Part shown: positions 19,186-28,344 of the stretch, one piece after another
How positions within the stretch are numbered: position 1 is the stretch's first letter
How the letters are laid out: each line of letters opens with the position of its first letter
Source of the DNA: Spartobacteria bacterium
GTDB taxonomy: Bacteria > Verrucomicrobiota > Verrucomicrobiia > Chthoniobacterales > UBA6821
Assembly: GCA_947471565.1 (NCBI GenBank)
Contig: CANIVT010000009.1
Coordinates: forward strand, 31,170 to 95,169
DNA length: 64,000 bases
Reading direction: 5' to 3'
The notes under the pieces: model-generated
What the model was told of the DNA's origin: nothing
Databases searched by the model: none
What the model saw: the letters and a program-made list of their open reading frames with translations, nothing else
Position numbers and translations under genes: made by a program

Positions 19186-19905
19186 CTAGGAGTTCTGCGT
19201 TTCCTTCTGCGGGAGGTTCAGGATGCAGACCAGCAGGGCAGCAGCGGGAAGCGCTAGTGCGAGGATGTCACTGAATGACAGAATCAGCTCCCCGCGCACG
19301 AGAATGGAGTCCACGGTCTTTCCTAGGGGAAGAAGGTGTAGATGCCCCGACTCTGTGAGCAGGATGCCAACCGCCATCCCCAGAAGGGCGATCCGGTTGG
19401 CGCCGGTACAGATCGTCGAGGATTCTCCAGCGGCTGGAATCACCAGTCCGCGGAGCTGAGTCACACAGGAAAGAAAGCCGAGTAGGAAAAGATAATTAAA
19501 AAAAGGCCCTAGGAGCGCCAATCCGAGCACCGACCAGCAGAGGTTTCGGAAGGACTTTGACCCATGATCCAGCTGCACAAGGCCGAGACAGAAGAGCATC
19601 GCGGGCAGTCCAAATGCCCAAGCGATGATCCTGTCTTCGGATGCCAGCGGGAGACCGGTGACGCAGTAAGCAGAGCCAGCAAGTTCAAAAGCTCCCTGCC
19701 ACGCCCTTGAGATACCGGATTCAAAACAAGCGGCAATGCCAAGGGCAACCGAGGCAAGGATGAGAGGGAATCTCAACGGACGCCCCACGCACATGCTGGA
19801 GAGACCGAGCAGCAGGGCCACGGCCCCGACGAGGGCCAAGACTAAGCGCAGGGCCAGATCAATGGCGCGATAATCGGCAACGGGAAGTGTAAGGAGGGAT
19901 TCCAT
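19186..19905 (-). CDS. hypothetical polytopic membrane protein
   Basis: 239 aa with about 7 hydrophobic segments. I recognise no family. Confidence 0.5.
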   Translation of the reverse strand: MESLLTLPVADYRAIDLALRLVLALVGAVALLLGLSSMCVGRPLRFPLILASVALGIAACFESGISRAWQGAFELAGSAYCVTGLPLASEDRIIAWAFGLPAMLFCLGLVQLDHGSKSFRNLCWSVLGLALLGPFFNYLFLLGFLSCVTQLRGLVIPAAGESSTICTGANRIALLGMAVGILLTESGHLHLLPLGKTVDSILVRGELILSFSDILALALPAAALLVCILNLPQKETQNS

Positions 19906-19976
19906 GCGAAAATGCTACCTCGGCGTCCTGTCCCGTCGATCCGTGAAATTGGAAGAAGGTCCCTGCGACGTCCCGA

Positions 19977-20993
19977 TCAGAGTTCGACGGCGTCGCCGTA
20001 CTCGACCTGGAGGTTGCGGGCGAGGCGGATCAGTTCGGGAGCAGGGTGCTTTTTCTTGCCGATGACCATGTCGAGATCGATCAGGGTGGTGCGGCCCTTG
20101 GAGAGCGCCGTCATGCACCCGGTTTCCGAGGCAAGAAGACCCATCACCGCCATTTCACCGAACCGAGCGCCGAGCATCCGGTCAAAGTGCGTGGGAATCC
20201 CTCCCCGCTGCACATGCCCGAGCACGGTGATGCGCACCTCCTGCTCGAACTCACCTTCAGGAACTGCGGCTTTCATCCGCTGCATGAATGTCTCGGCCCC
20301 GCAGACACCCTCGGCCAGAAGGATGATGGAGTTGTCCCGGGCGTCCTGGAAACGGCGGCGAAGCACCTCGACAATGCGGTCCATGTTGTAGCGGTATTCC
20401 GGGATCACGGCGACGCTGGCACCGCTGCTGATCGCGGTCGTGAGGGCAAGATACCCGGAGTTGCGACCCATCACCTCGATCAAGAAGCATCGGCGATGAG
20501 ACCGGGCCGTGTCCCGGATCCGGTCGACCAGTTGCATGATCGTGTTGGTCGCGGTGTCGACGCCGATGGCCATTTCCGTGCCGGCAAGGTCGTTGTCGAT
20601 GCTGGCCGGAATCCCAACGACGGGCATCCCGCGCTTTGCAAGCTCCCTGGCGCCGGTCAGCGAGCCGTCGCCTCCAAGAACAACAAGTCCCTGGATGCCC
20701 AGCTCCTGAAGTCGTCGTCTGGCATGATCGACGCCTTCGGGCGTGTACATTCTCTTGCAACGACTGGACTGAAGAATCGTCCCTCCGCGGTCGATGATGG
20801 AAGCGAGGCTGCGCGTTCCCAGCTCCTCCGTGAGACCATCGAATATTCCGTCGTAGCCGTTGCTGATGCCGATCACTCGGCAGTCGTGCTGCATGGCAGT
20901 GCGGGCCACGGCACGGACGGCAGGATTCATGCCGGGAGCGTCGCCTCCGGAAGTCAGGATACCGATGGTTTTTTTTGTCATGGTTGGCGCCAC
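19977..20993 (-). CDS. pfkA: ATP-dependent 6-phosphofructokinase
   Basis: Motifs 'IGILTSGGDAPGMN', 'LGGDGS', 'GIPASIDNDL' and 'MGRNSGYLA'. Confidence 0.9.
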   Translation of the reverse strand: MAPTMTKKTIGILTSGGDAPGMNPAVRAVARTAMQHDCRVIGISNGYDGIFDGLTEELGTRSLASIIDRGGTILQSSRCKRMYTPEGVDHARRRLQELGIQGLVVLGGDGSLTGARELAKRGMPVVGIPASIDNDLAGTEMAIGVDTATNTIMQLVDRIRDTARSHRRCFLIEVMGRNSGYLALTTAISSGASVAVIPEYRYNMDRIVEVLRRRFQDARDNSIILLAEGVCGAETFMQRMKAAVPEGEFEQEVRITVLGHVQRGGIPTHFDRMLGARFGEMAVMGLLASETGCMTALSKGRTTLIDLDMVIGKKKHPAPELIRLARNLQVEYGDAVEL

Positions 20994-21114
20994 CGGGGGG
21001 TATGTGACCCTGTCGATGTAGCAGAATCCGGGCCGAAAACCGCGAAAAAATTTTTGAACGTTCGGAAGGCAGGGCGGTCAAACTCTCTGGTTGTTTACAT
21101 AGTTTTGGTTTGGG

Positions 21115-21176
21115 GCGGGCCACCTCGTCCGGGTTTCATGGTTTTTCCCGGGCGATCCAAGGTGGCCCGCTTTTTT
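21115..21176 (+). terminator. intrinsic-terminator-like hairpin + T6 in a divergent promoter region
   Basis: A perfect 11-bp outer stem (gcgggccacct / aggtggcccgc), an 8-bp inner stem with one G-U pair, then TTTTTT. Confidence 0.55.
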
Positions 21177-21261
21177 GCACCGGAATCGTCACCAAGCCGC
21201 GCTTGCCTCCCACGAAGCGCTCGGATAGCACCTATCCATCGGCGTAAGCCGCCAACACAAC

Positions 21262-21951
21262 ATGCCCGAAACCATTCTGGTGATAGAGGACGAGGAGGAT
21301 GTGGCGGATCTTGTCCGCTACCATCTGCGCAAAGCCAAATACCGCGTCGTGCACGCTGCAGATGGAGCCGACGGGGCCAAGCTTGCCGTATCCGAAAAAC
21401 CCGATGCCATTGTGCTCGACGTGATGTTACCCAAACTCAACGGCTTTGAGGTGACCAAGCGGCTCCGGTCCGATGCGCGGACGGCCGGGATCCCAATCCT
21501 GATCCTGAGCGCCAAAGGGGAGACCGAAAACAGAATCAAGGGACTGGAGTTCGGAGCGGATGACTATCTTCCCAAACCATTCAGCCCAAAAGAGTTGCTT
21601 CTCCGAATTCAAGCTCTCCTGCGTCGCAAGGGTGTGCCTGCCCTGGAAAGCGTCGACACCGGCCCCTTCTCTCTGGACCGCACGTCGCTCAAGGTGACCC
21701 TCGATGGTCAGCGGATCGATCTCACCTCGACGGAGTTCAAGCTCCTCTCCTTGCTGATCGGCAAGGTCGGATCGATCCAGTCCCGTGAAGACCTGCTCCA
21801 GGAGGTCTGGGGATACAGGAACACCGTCGACACGCGCACGGTCGATACCCATATGCGGAGACTCCGTGAAAAACTTGGTGATCATGCCGCCTGTATCGAA
21901 ACGATCCGGGGCGAAGGGTACCGTTTTCTCCCCCCCTCCCACTCCGTCTGA
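21262..21951 (+). CDS. OmpR/PhoB-family response regulator
   Basis: Receiver domain with 'ILVIEDEEDV' and 'LDVMLPKLNGFEV'; winged-helix domain with 'TVDTHMRRLREKL' and 'RGEGYRF'. Confidence 0.92.
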   Translation: MPETILVIEDEEDVADLVRYHLRKAKYRVVHAADGADGAKLAVSEKPDAIVLDVMLPKLNGFEVTKRLRSDARTAGIPILILSAKGETENRIKGLEFGADDYLPKPFSPKELLLRIQALLRRKGVPALESVDTGPFSLDRTSLKVTLDGQRIDLTSTEFKLLSLLIGKVGSIQSREDLLQEVWGYRNTVDTRTVDTHMRRLREKLGDHAACIETIRGEGYRFLPPSHSV

Positions 21952-23237
21952 TGGTCGTCACGTTGGCAGGCATTCTAGCCGGCGCGCTGGCTCTCTTGGC
22001 TGCATGGTGGATTGTGTCGGGCATCATTCTCCCCGGACGCGACCTGCTGGCTGTCCTTCGCCGGATCGCCGAGGGGGATTTCCGTCCGGTCATCCTGCCG
22101 ACGGTCCCATCTTATTTCCGGAATGCCGAAACCGATCTCCGAAAGATCTCCGAGACCCTTGCCAGCCAGAAGAACCTGCTGGCCGAGGAAGAATTCAGCC
22201 TTTCGATGATTCTCGGCAGCATGGCCGAAGGAGTGGTGATCCTCGGTCCTGATCTCCGCGTCCGCCAACTCAACCGGGCGGCAATGTCTCTGTTCAATCT
22301 TGGATCAACCGTCCAGGGCCTGCTTCTTGCCGAGGTCTTCACCAGCCATGAACTGCAGGGGCTGGCCAGTAGGGCTTCCCGGACAGGTGAGTTCCAGCGT
22401 GGTGAACTCACCCTGACAATTCATGGTCGGGCCGACCGATGCCATCTTGCGGTCACGGCCGCCCCCTTGAAGGCTGCTTCCGAGGAGGGTCCCGACGGGG
22501 TTCTTCTGGTTCTGCATGACGTGACGCGTTTACGTGAGCTCGAGGCTGTCCGAAGGGAATTCGTGGCCAACGTCTCGCATGAATTCCGTACACCTCTCTC
22601 GGTCATCAACGGCTATCTCGAGACCTTGGGCGAAGGTGGGGTGGGGCGCGACATGACGCGCAAGGCCATTGCGGCCATGCAGCGGCACACGGGCCGTCTC
22701 AACCGGTTGATCGAGGACCTGCTTTCCATCAGCCGAATGGAGGAAAAGGGGGTCCGTCTCGAAACCGAAAAGACGGACATTGCACCGATCCTGAAAACCG
22801 TTCTCGACCAAGCGGAGCAGGAGATTGCGGAACGCAAGGCCACGGTCACCGTCTCGCTTGAGGAGGGACTCCCCTCCGCCAAGCTCGATGCCTACAGGAT
22901 CGAGCAGGCTTTCTCCAACCTGCTGGTCAACGCACTCCGTCATGGCATTCCCTCGGGATCATCGGAAAACGCCAAGGTCATCATTTCCGCCTTCCTCTCG
23001 GGCGGTGATCTGGCCATCAGCTTCCGGGACAACGGACCAGGAATTCCGCTGGCGGATCAGGAACATGTGTTCGAGCGATTCTACCGCGTGGGAGGGGACA
23101 GGGCCCGCCAGTCCGGAGGAACAGGCCTCGGTCTCTCCATCGTGAAGAACGTGATCCAGGCCCATGGAGGCAGAGTTGCAATCGAAAGTTCCCCGGGTGA
23201 GGGATCCACCTTCACCGTTTTTCTGCCGGCTGCGTAA
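21951..23237 (+). CDS. PhoR-like sensor histidine kinase
   Basis: Order is TM, HAMP, PAS, HisKA 'SHEFRTPLS', then HATPase 'GGTGLGLSIVK'. A TGATG overlap links it to the regulator gene. Confidence 0.9.
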   Translation: MVVTLAGILAGALALLAAWWIVSGIILPGRDLLAVLRRIAEGDFRPVILPTVPSYFRNAETDLRKISETLASQKNLLAEEEFSLSMILGSMAEGVVILGPDLRVRQLNRAAMSLFNLGSTVQGLLLAEVFTSHELQGLASRASRTGEFQRGELTLTIHGRADRCHLAVTAAPLKAASEEGPDGVLLVLHDVTRLRELEAVRREFVANVSHEFRTPLSVINGYLETLGEGGVGRDMTRKAIAAMQRHTGRLNRLIEDLLSISRMEEKGVRLETEKTDIAPILKTVLDQAEQEIAERKATVTVSLEEGLPSAKLDAYRIEQAFSNLLVNALRHGIPSGSSENAKVIISAFLSGGDLAISFRDNGPGIPLADQEHVFERFYRVGGDRARQSGGTGLGLSIVKNVIQAHGGRVAIESSPGEGSTFTVFLPAA

Positions 23238-23239
23238 GC

Positions 23240-23259
23240 CGGGGAGGACCCCGCCTTTT
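23240..23259 (+). terminator. weak intrinsic terminator after the kinase gene
   Basis: 'cgggg agga ccccg' followed by 'ccTTTT'. Confidence 0.35.
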
Positions 23260-23267
23260 CCTATCTT

Positions 23268-24299
23268 CTAAACCCCCACCCTGTCTGCGCCATCCGGCAG
23301 GGTAACGACGGCGGCCGACTCTAAATGGCGGCGGCCAAGTTCCTCCAACTCGGCCAAAGTGGAGATCGATGAGAGTTCTCCCCGGAGGTGACGCCCCCCG
23401 GGCAACCCTCGCGTGTAGGCCATGAGACGACCGCGCATCCCCCTCATGCCGTGAAGTTCGCCTCGCCGTGCAACCTCTTCGCGGGCATGACGGAAGACAA
23501 GATCCCAACGATCAGCCAGCGTGGGAGAGGTGTAGGGAAGACCGGCTAGCGCGTGCTTGATCTCGGAGAAAATCCAGGGATTGGACATCGCCGCCCGGCC
23601 TATCATGAGACCTGCCACGCCGCATTCCCTCCTCCGCAGGGCATCCTCCGCCACCGCAATGTCGCCGTTCCCGATGACGGGGATGGCGACGGAAGCCGCC
23701 ACGGATGCGATCACCTCCCAGTCAGCGTTCCCGGAATATCCCTGGGCACGCGTCCTGCCATGGACGGCAACTCTGGTCACGCCGACTCCTTCAAGGAGGC
23801 GCGCCGTCTCCACGGCATTGACTGATTTGGCATCCCATCCGATGCGGATTTTCGCGGTGACCGGCAGCGGCGCACAGGCCTTCACGACGGCATCCGCCAC
23901 TCGCTCCAGAAGAGGACGATCGCGCAGCAGTGAGGAACCGCCGTTCCTGCAGACGACCTTGTTGGCCGGACAACCGAAATTGATGTCGATGAAATCGGGG
24001 GCGACCCAGTCGATTACCTGACGCGCCGCCTGAGCAAGACGCTCCGGATCCGCCCCGAAGAGCTGCACCCCCATCGGGCGTTCGGACTCTGAAAAGTCGA
24101 GATATTCCCGGGTGCGGGCGTTGCGGTGCATGATGCCCTCCGCCGAAACGAACTCGGAGGTCAGGATATCGGCCCCTTTTTCCTTGCAGATGGTGCGGAA
24201 GACACTGTTGGTGACCCCCGCCATGGGAGCCAGAAACAGGGGAAAAGGCGCCGCCTCCACGACGTGAGGGGTGTCAGGATGCGGAGGTAACAGCCGCAT
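23268..24299 (-). CDS. dusB: tRNA-dihydrouridine synthase
   Basis: Motifs 'LAPMAGVTNSVFR', 'DINFGCP' and 'AVHGRTR'. Start placed at ATG 24299. Confidence 0.88.
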   Translation of the reverse strand: MRLLPPHPDTPHVVEAAPFPLFLAPMAGVTNSVFRTICKEKGADILTSEFVSAEGIMHRNARTREYLDFSESERPMGVQLFGADPERLAQAARQVIDWVAPDFIDINFGCPANKVVCRNGGSSLLRDRPLLERVADAVVKACAPLPVTAKIRIGWDAKSVNAVETARLLEGVGVTRVAVHGRTRAQGYSGNADWEVIASVAASVAIPVIGNGDIAVAEDALRRRECGVAGLMIGRAAMSNPWIFSEIKHALAGLPYTSPTLADRWDLVFRHAREEVARRGELHGMRGMRGRLMAYTRGLPGGRHLRGELSSISTLAELEELGRRHLESAAVVTLPDGADRVGV

Positions 24300-24849
24300 C
24301 CCCCTCCGAAGCTTCAACGGAAGCCTCTGACTCGCTCGGAGCAGGTGGCGGTGCCGAGAGCCCCGAAAGAAGGGCGGAAACCTCCTCCTGAACGGCAACC
24401 AGATCGGCCAATGACAGGGCAGGATCGACGATGAGGAAGGTCTCCCCAGTGCGGGCGAGCTCGTAGACCAGGATCCCCTTCTCCACGGAGGGCTGGGGAC
24501 GCAGGACTCGCTTGCGCTCCAGCATTACCGCAAGCAGGTAGCGCGTGTTGACATGGGCCGGATCGTTGCTCTCAAGCAGCCGTCGGAGCATTCCCTCCGC
24601 GTCGTCACGTGGCAAAGGCTCGGGTGGGGGCGGGGCGGGCGGCTCGAATTTGGAACGCCACGAGGAAAAGGCAACCGGGGCGGCTGGGTCGGTCGATCGG
24701 GCCGTCCAGGCCTCCTCGCAGAGGTCGGCCCTGCGGAACTCGTCCTCCTCGCGGAAAAGCGCAGTGTAAAAAATTTCCCCCTCTTGGAAGGGTTTTCCTG
24801 TGGCGTCACAGACCTCGGCCCGTGACCTGATGTTCCAGTCCTGCTGCAT
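24274..24849 (-). CDS. conserved-looking hypothetical protein
   Basis: 191 aa with coding-like composition. Its 3' end overlaps the dusB start by 26 nt. I recognise no domain. Confidence 0.5.
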   Translation of the reverse strand: MQQDWNIRSRAEVCDATGKPFQEGEIFYTALFREEDEFRRADLCEEAWTARSTDPAAPVAFSSWRSKFEPPAPPPPEPLPRDDAEGMLRRLLESNDPAHVNTRYLLAVMLERKRVLRPQPSVEKGILVYELARTGETFLIVDPALSLADLVAVQEEVSALLSGLSAPPPAPSESEASVEASEGDAAVTSAS

Positions 24850-24872
24850 TGGAATAAAATCCTAGAAGCTCC

Positions 24873-26018
24873 TCAGAATCCGGGCAACCGCAACCTCGGC
24901 AGTTCTCGCCCCGTGGACTTGAGCCAGAAAAGCCAGATCCCGATGGCCATGAAGATCGCGATCGGCCCCCACGAGGCTGTCCATGCCGGAATACGATCCC
25001 CCTTGCCAAGCGCCAGGAAGAGGCTACTGGAAAAGATCAGTCCCGCAAAGAGCGTGATGGCTCCGGCCACGCCTCCCATGATTCCCCGGCGACCATTCAC
25101 GACCCCGAGTGGCCCCGCCAGGAATACCACCACGAGACAGACCCACGGCAGGGCCCAGCGGTAATGCCAGTGCGTCACAAACGGAGCCAATCGGGCCTCG
25201 GGAAACTCGGCATTGTAGCGGAGGTAATCGGCGAGTTCGGGAATGCCCAGAAACTCGGGATTCATCGTCGAGCTGGTGATCTTCCACGGGGTCTCGTGCC
25301 ACCCTGCAATTTCCAGCCTCGGCTTGCTTTCCGAAGTGACCAGATTCCCTTCCCCGTCGACCGTCACATGGCGCGCATTCTGAAGGACCCAGGTGGCGTT
25401 CCCCGGGCTGAAGGAGGCCTGCTCCCCGTACCACTTTTCCTTCACGATCCCGGATTCGTCCTGCTGGATGATCTCGACACGCAGGGCGGTGTTATTCTCC
25501 CGATCGAGGTGCGTGAAGAACCAAAGTCGCCGATCCTCGCGGTTGCGGTAGAGATGATTGCTGACCATGCCACGGGAATGTTTCTTACCGCTCTTGATCT
25601 CTTCCTTCATCACATCACGGAGGGCACCTGCCTGCGGGGCCATCGTGTGGTTAAGCACGGCCAGGAGACCCGTTGCGACCAATCCCAACATGATCAGTGG
25701 CATGAAGATCCGTAAAAGGCTCCGGCCTGCGCAGAGCATCGAGATGATCTCGTTGCGCCGCGACATCTGGGTGAGCGTATAGAGTAGCGAAAGCAGCAGC
25801 CCGACAGGGATGCTGAGCATCAGGACGCTGGGCAACTGAAGGAGGTAAAACCGCGACAGTTGGGCAAAGGTGGCATGTCCCGACAGGAAATCGGGAAGGT
25901 TCGAACTCAGATCCCAGACCAACCAGACAGAGATGAATCCCGCCACGCAGTAAACGAGCGGAACCAAAATTTTACGGAGAAGATAACTGTCGAGAAGAGT
26001 CATGGTGACAAGGGCCAT
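24873..26018 (-). CDS. LptF/LptG-family LPS export permease
   Basis: The N-terminus 'LLDSYLLRKILVPLVYCVAGF' is YjgP/YjgQ-like, with a 3+3 TM layout around a periplasmic domain. The start may instead be ATG 26003. Confidence 0.8.
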   Translation of the reverse strand: MALVTMTLLDSYLLRKILVPLVYCVAGFISVWLVWDLSSNLPDFLSGHATFAQLSRFYLLQLPSVLMLSIPVGLLLSLLYTLTQMSRRNEIISMLCAGRSLLRIFMPLIMLGLVATGLLAVLNHTMAPQAGALRDVMKEEIKSGKKHSRGMVSNHLYRNREDRRLWFFTHLDRENNTALRVEIIQQDESGIVKEKWYGEQASFSPGNATWVLQNARHVTVDGEGNLVTSESKPRLEIAGWHETPWKITSSTMNPEFLGIPELADYLRYNAEFPEARLAPFVTHWHYRWALPWVCLVVVFLAGPLGVVNGRRGIMGGVAGAITLFAGLIFSSSLFLALGKGDRIPAWTASWGPIAIFMAIGIWLFWLKSTGRELPRLRLPGF

Positions 26019-26109
26019 TCAGAAACCCGTTGCAGGAGGACGGCCGGGACACGATCCTGCACCTCCCCGCCCCCGTGCTGCAACCGCAATCACCCCGCCA
26101 CCCCACCCG

Positions 26110-28110
26110 ATGATTTCACTCAACGAAGACCATCCCTCCGGCCCCGGCTTTGCCGCCGAGGTCGAGGCGCTCTTTGCAGAGGATGGCCGTCTGGCCTCGA
26201 TCCGCGGGTTCGAATGGAGACCGCAGCAGCAGACCATGGCCACGGCGGTCGCGCGTGCGCTGGCAGGACGCGAACACCTTGTCGTGGAAGCCGGCACGGG
26301 CGTGGGCAAGTCTCTCGCCTACCTGCTGCCCGCCCTTCTTCACGCCCGACGCTCTGGACGCAAGGCGCTCGTCAGCACCCACACGATCAACCTCCAGGAA
26401 CAACTCCTCTACAAGGACATCCCGCTCGCTGCCGGACTCATGGGCGAGGAGGTGGAGGCCGTCCTGCTCAAGGGACGCCAGAACTACGTCTGTCCCACAC
26501 GGCTCGCACGCGCCTGCCGGAGCGGGTCCGATCTCTTCACGGCCGAGGAGCGTCCGGAACTGGAACGCATCCGAGAATGGGCATCCACAACAGCCGACGG
26601 CACGCTGAGCGACCTCCCCTTCGAGCCGTCGCGCGAACTCTGGATGCAGGTCTGCAGCGAACAGCACCTCTGCACACCAAAGACCTGCGGACGCGACTCG
26701 GGCTGCTTCTACCAGTCGGCTCGACGTCGCGCGCAATCCGCCGATCTCCTAGTCCTGAACCACACCCTCTTCTTCACCCTGCTTGGCGACCCCGACGAGG
26801 AAGGGAACGGCTACCTCTTCCCCGATGATTTCGTGATCTTCGATGAGGCCCACACCGTCGAGCAGGTCGCCTCACGCCATCTTGGCTTTACGCTCTCCCA
26901 GTACGGCCTGCGGCAAACCTTGCAGCGGCTCTACAATCCGCGCACACGCAAGGGCCTGCTCCAGCAGGCACGGCAACCCGGGGCCATCGCCTCGGCTGCC
27001 GATCTCCTTCCCGAGGTTGACCGATTCTTCGACCAGCTCGCCGGGGCCTGCAAGTTCCGACAAGGGCGCGAATTCCGGGTCCGCGGTGAGGCGGCCGCTG
27101 ACCTTGCCGAGGCCGTGAAGGAACGTCCCCTCGCCAACGGACTGTCACGGCTTGCGGAGTCGCTGGGAGAGACCATCGCGGCTGTCGAGGAGGAGGGATT
27201 GCAAGGTGAACTCCGTGACGCCGCGTCACGCCTTCGCGACTCCCGCGCCGGACTGGCCGGCTTCCTATCCCAGAACGAACCGGAGCATGTCTACTGGGTC
27301 GAGCGCTCTGGCAAGGCCTCCACGTGGACCAGCCTCCATGCCGCACCCGTGGCCGTGGCACCGCTACTCGGTCGCTTGCTCTTCCGTGAGGGAGGGACGG
27401 CCGTGATGACGAGCGCCACCCTCTCGGTCGGATCCGAGGAGCTCGGCTACTTCCGCGGGCGCGTCGGTGCCGAGGAGGTGACGTCGCTCCAACTCGGCTC
27501 CCCCTTCGACTATGCGCGCCAGATGACTGTGAAGCTCGTGCGCAAAATGCCCGAGCCCAAGGATTCCTCCTATGAGGAGGCACTGGCCAAATGGATCGGC
27601 CATTTCACCGAGGAAAGCCGCGCACGGGCCTTTGTCCTCTTCACCAGCCACCGGACCATGCAGTCCGTCGCCGCGAGGATGCAGGGACATTTTGACGAAA
27701 AGGGATGGAATCTCATTGTGCAGGGAGGCGGACTCTCCAGATCACGGATGCTTGAGGCTTTCCGAGAGGAAGGGGAAAGCGTGCTCTTTGGAACCGACAG
27801 CTTCTGGACCGGGGTCGATCTCCCGGGCGAGGCGCTCTCGAGCGTCATCATCACGCGCCTCCCCTTCGTCACACCCGACCATCCCCTCACCGAAGCCAAG
27901 CTCGAACAGATTGAGGCGGATGGAGGGGATCCCTTTCAGTCCTATTCGCTCCCGGAAGCGATCCTAAAACTTCGCCAAGGCGTGGGTCGCCTCATTCGTA
28001 GCTCCCGCGACCGCGGCTCCATCGTCATCCTCGACAGCCGCATCCTGAGCCGCCCCTACGGAAAATCATTCCTGAAGGCCCTGCCTGAATGTCCGGTGGA
28101 GGTGCTCTGA
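26110..28110 (+). CDS. dinG: DinG/Rad3-family ATP-dependent DNA helicase
   Basis: Motifs 'EAGTGVGKSLAYL' and 'DEAH', plus an Fe-S Cys cluster (C..C..C..C around 'CTPKTCGRDSGCFY'). Trimmed to ATG 26110. Confidence 0.85.
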   Translation: MISLNEDHPSGPGFAAEVEALFAEDGRLASIRGFEWRPQQQTMATAVARALAGREHLVVEAGTGVGKSLAYLLPALLHARRSGRKALVSTHTINLQEQLLYKDIPLAAGLMGEEVEAVLLKGRQNYVCPTRLARACRSGSDLFTAEERPELERIREWASTTADGTLSDLPFEPSRELWMQVCSEQHLCTPKTCGRDSGCFYQSARRRAQSADLLVLNHTLFFTLLGDPDEEGNGYLFPDDFVIFDEAHTVEQVASRHLGFTLSQYGLRQTLQRLYNPRTRKGLLQQARQPGAIASAADLLPEVDRFFDQLAGACKFRQGREFRVRGEAAADLAEAVKERPLANGLSRLAESLGETIAAVEEEGLQGELRDAASRLRDSRAGLAGFLSQNEPEHVYWVERSGKASTWTSLHAAPVAVAPLLGRLLFREGGTAVMTSATLSVGSEELGYFRGRVGAEEVTSLQLGSPFDYARQMTVKLVRKMPEPKDSSYEEALAKWIGHFTEESRARAFVLFTSHRTMQSVAARMQGHFDEKGWNLIVQGGGLSRSRMLEAFREEGESVLFGTDSFWTGVDLPGEALSSVIITRLPFVTPDHPLTEAKLEQIEADGGDPFQSYSLPEAILKLRQGVGRLIRSSRDRGSIVILDSRILSRPYGKSFLKALPECPVEVL

Positions 28111-28344
28111 GAGAAGGTGGATAGGCTGAAGACCTTTAGTCTGTTAGGTCTGAGGCTGGGGGGATGGGGTAGTAGTCTCTTGTTATTTAGACTCCAGGAG
28201 TAATCCTCTCGGCGAACTGCACCACCGATCCAGATCTGCCTTCGGCATAACTAAATTTTCCCCCCACAAAACTTTTACGACGGTTTCCTCCGTCTTGGTT
28301 CCCTCCTAGCAGCCTTCAGTCTTCAGCCTAACAGCCTCCCTCAG

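Noticed and set aside
20046-21449. 467-aa plus-strand ORF and the 288-aa minus-strand alternative frame (20257-21123) over pfkA
   Set aside because: Both overlap the clear PfkA frame and are Arg/Gly/Pro-rich nonsense.
25860-26828. 322-aa alternative-frame ORF across the lptF/G-dinG junction
   Set aside because: It is an Arg/Pro-rich out-of-frame reading of dinG with no motifs.
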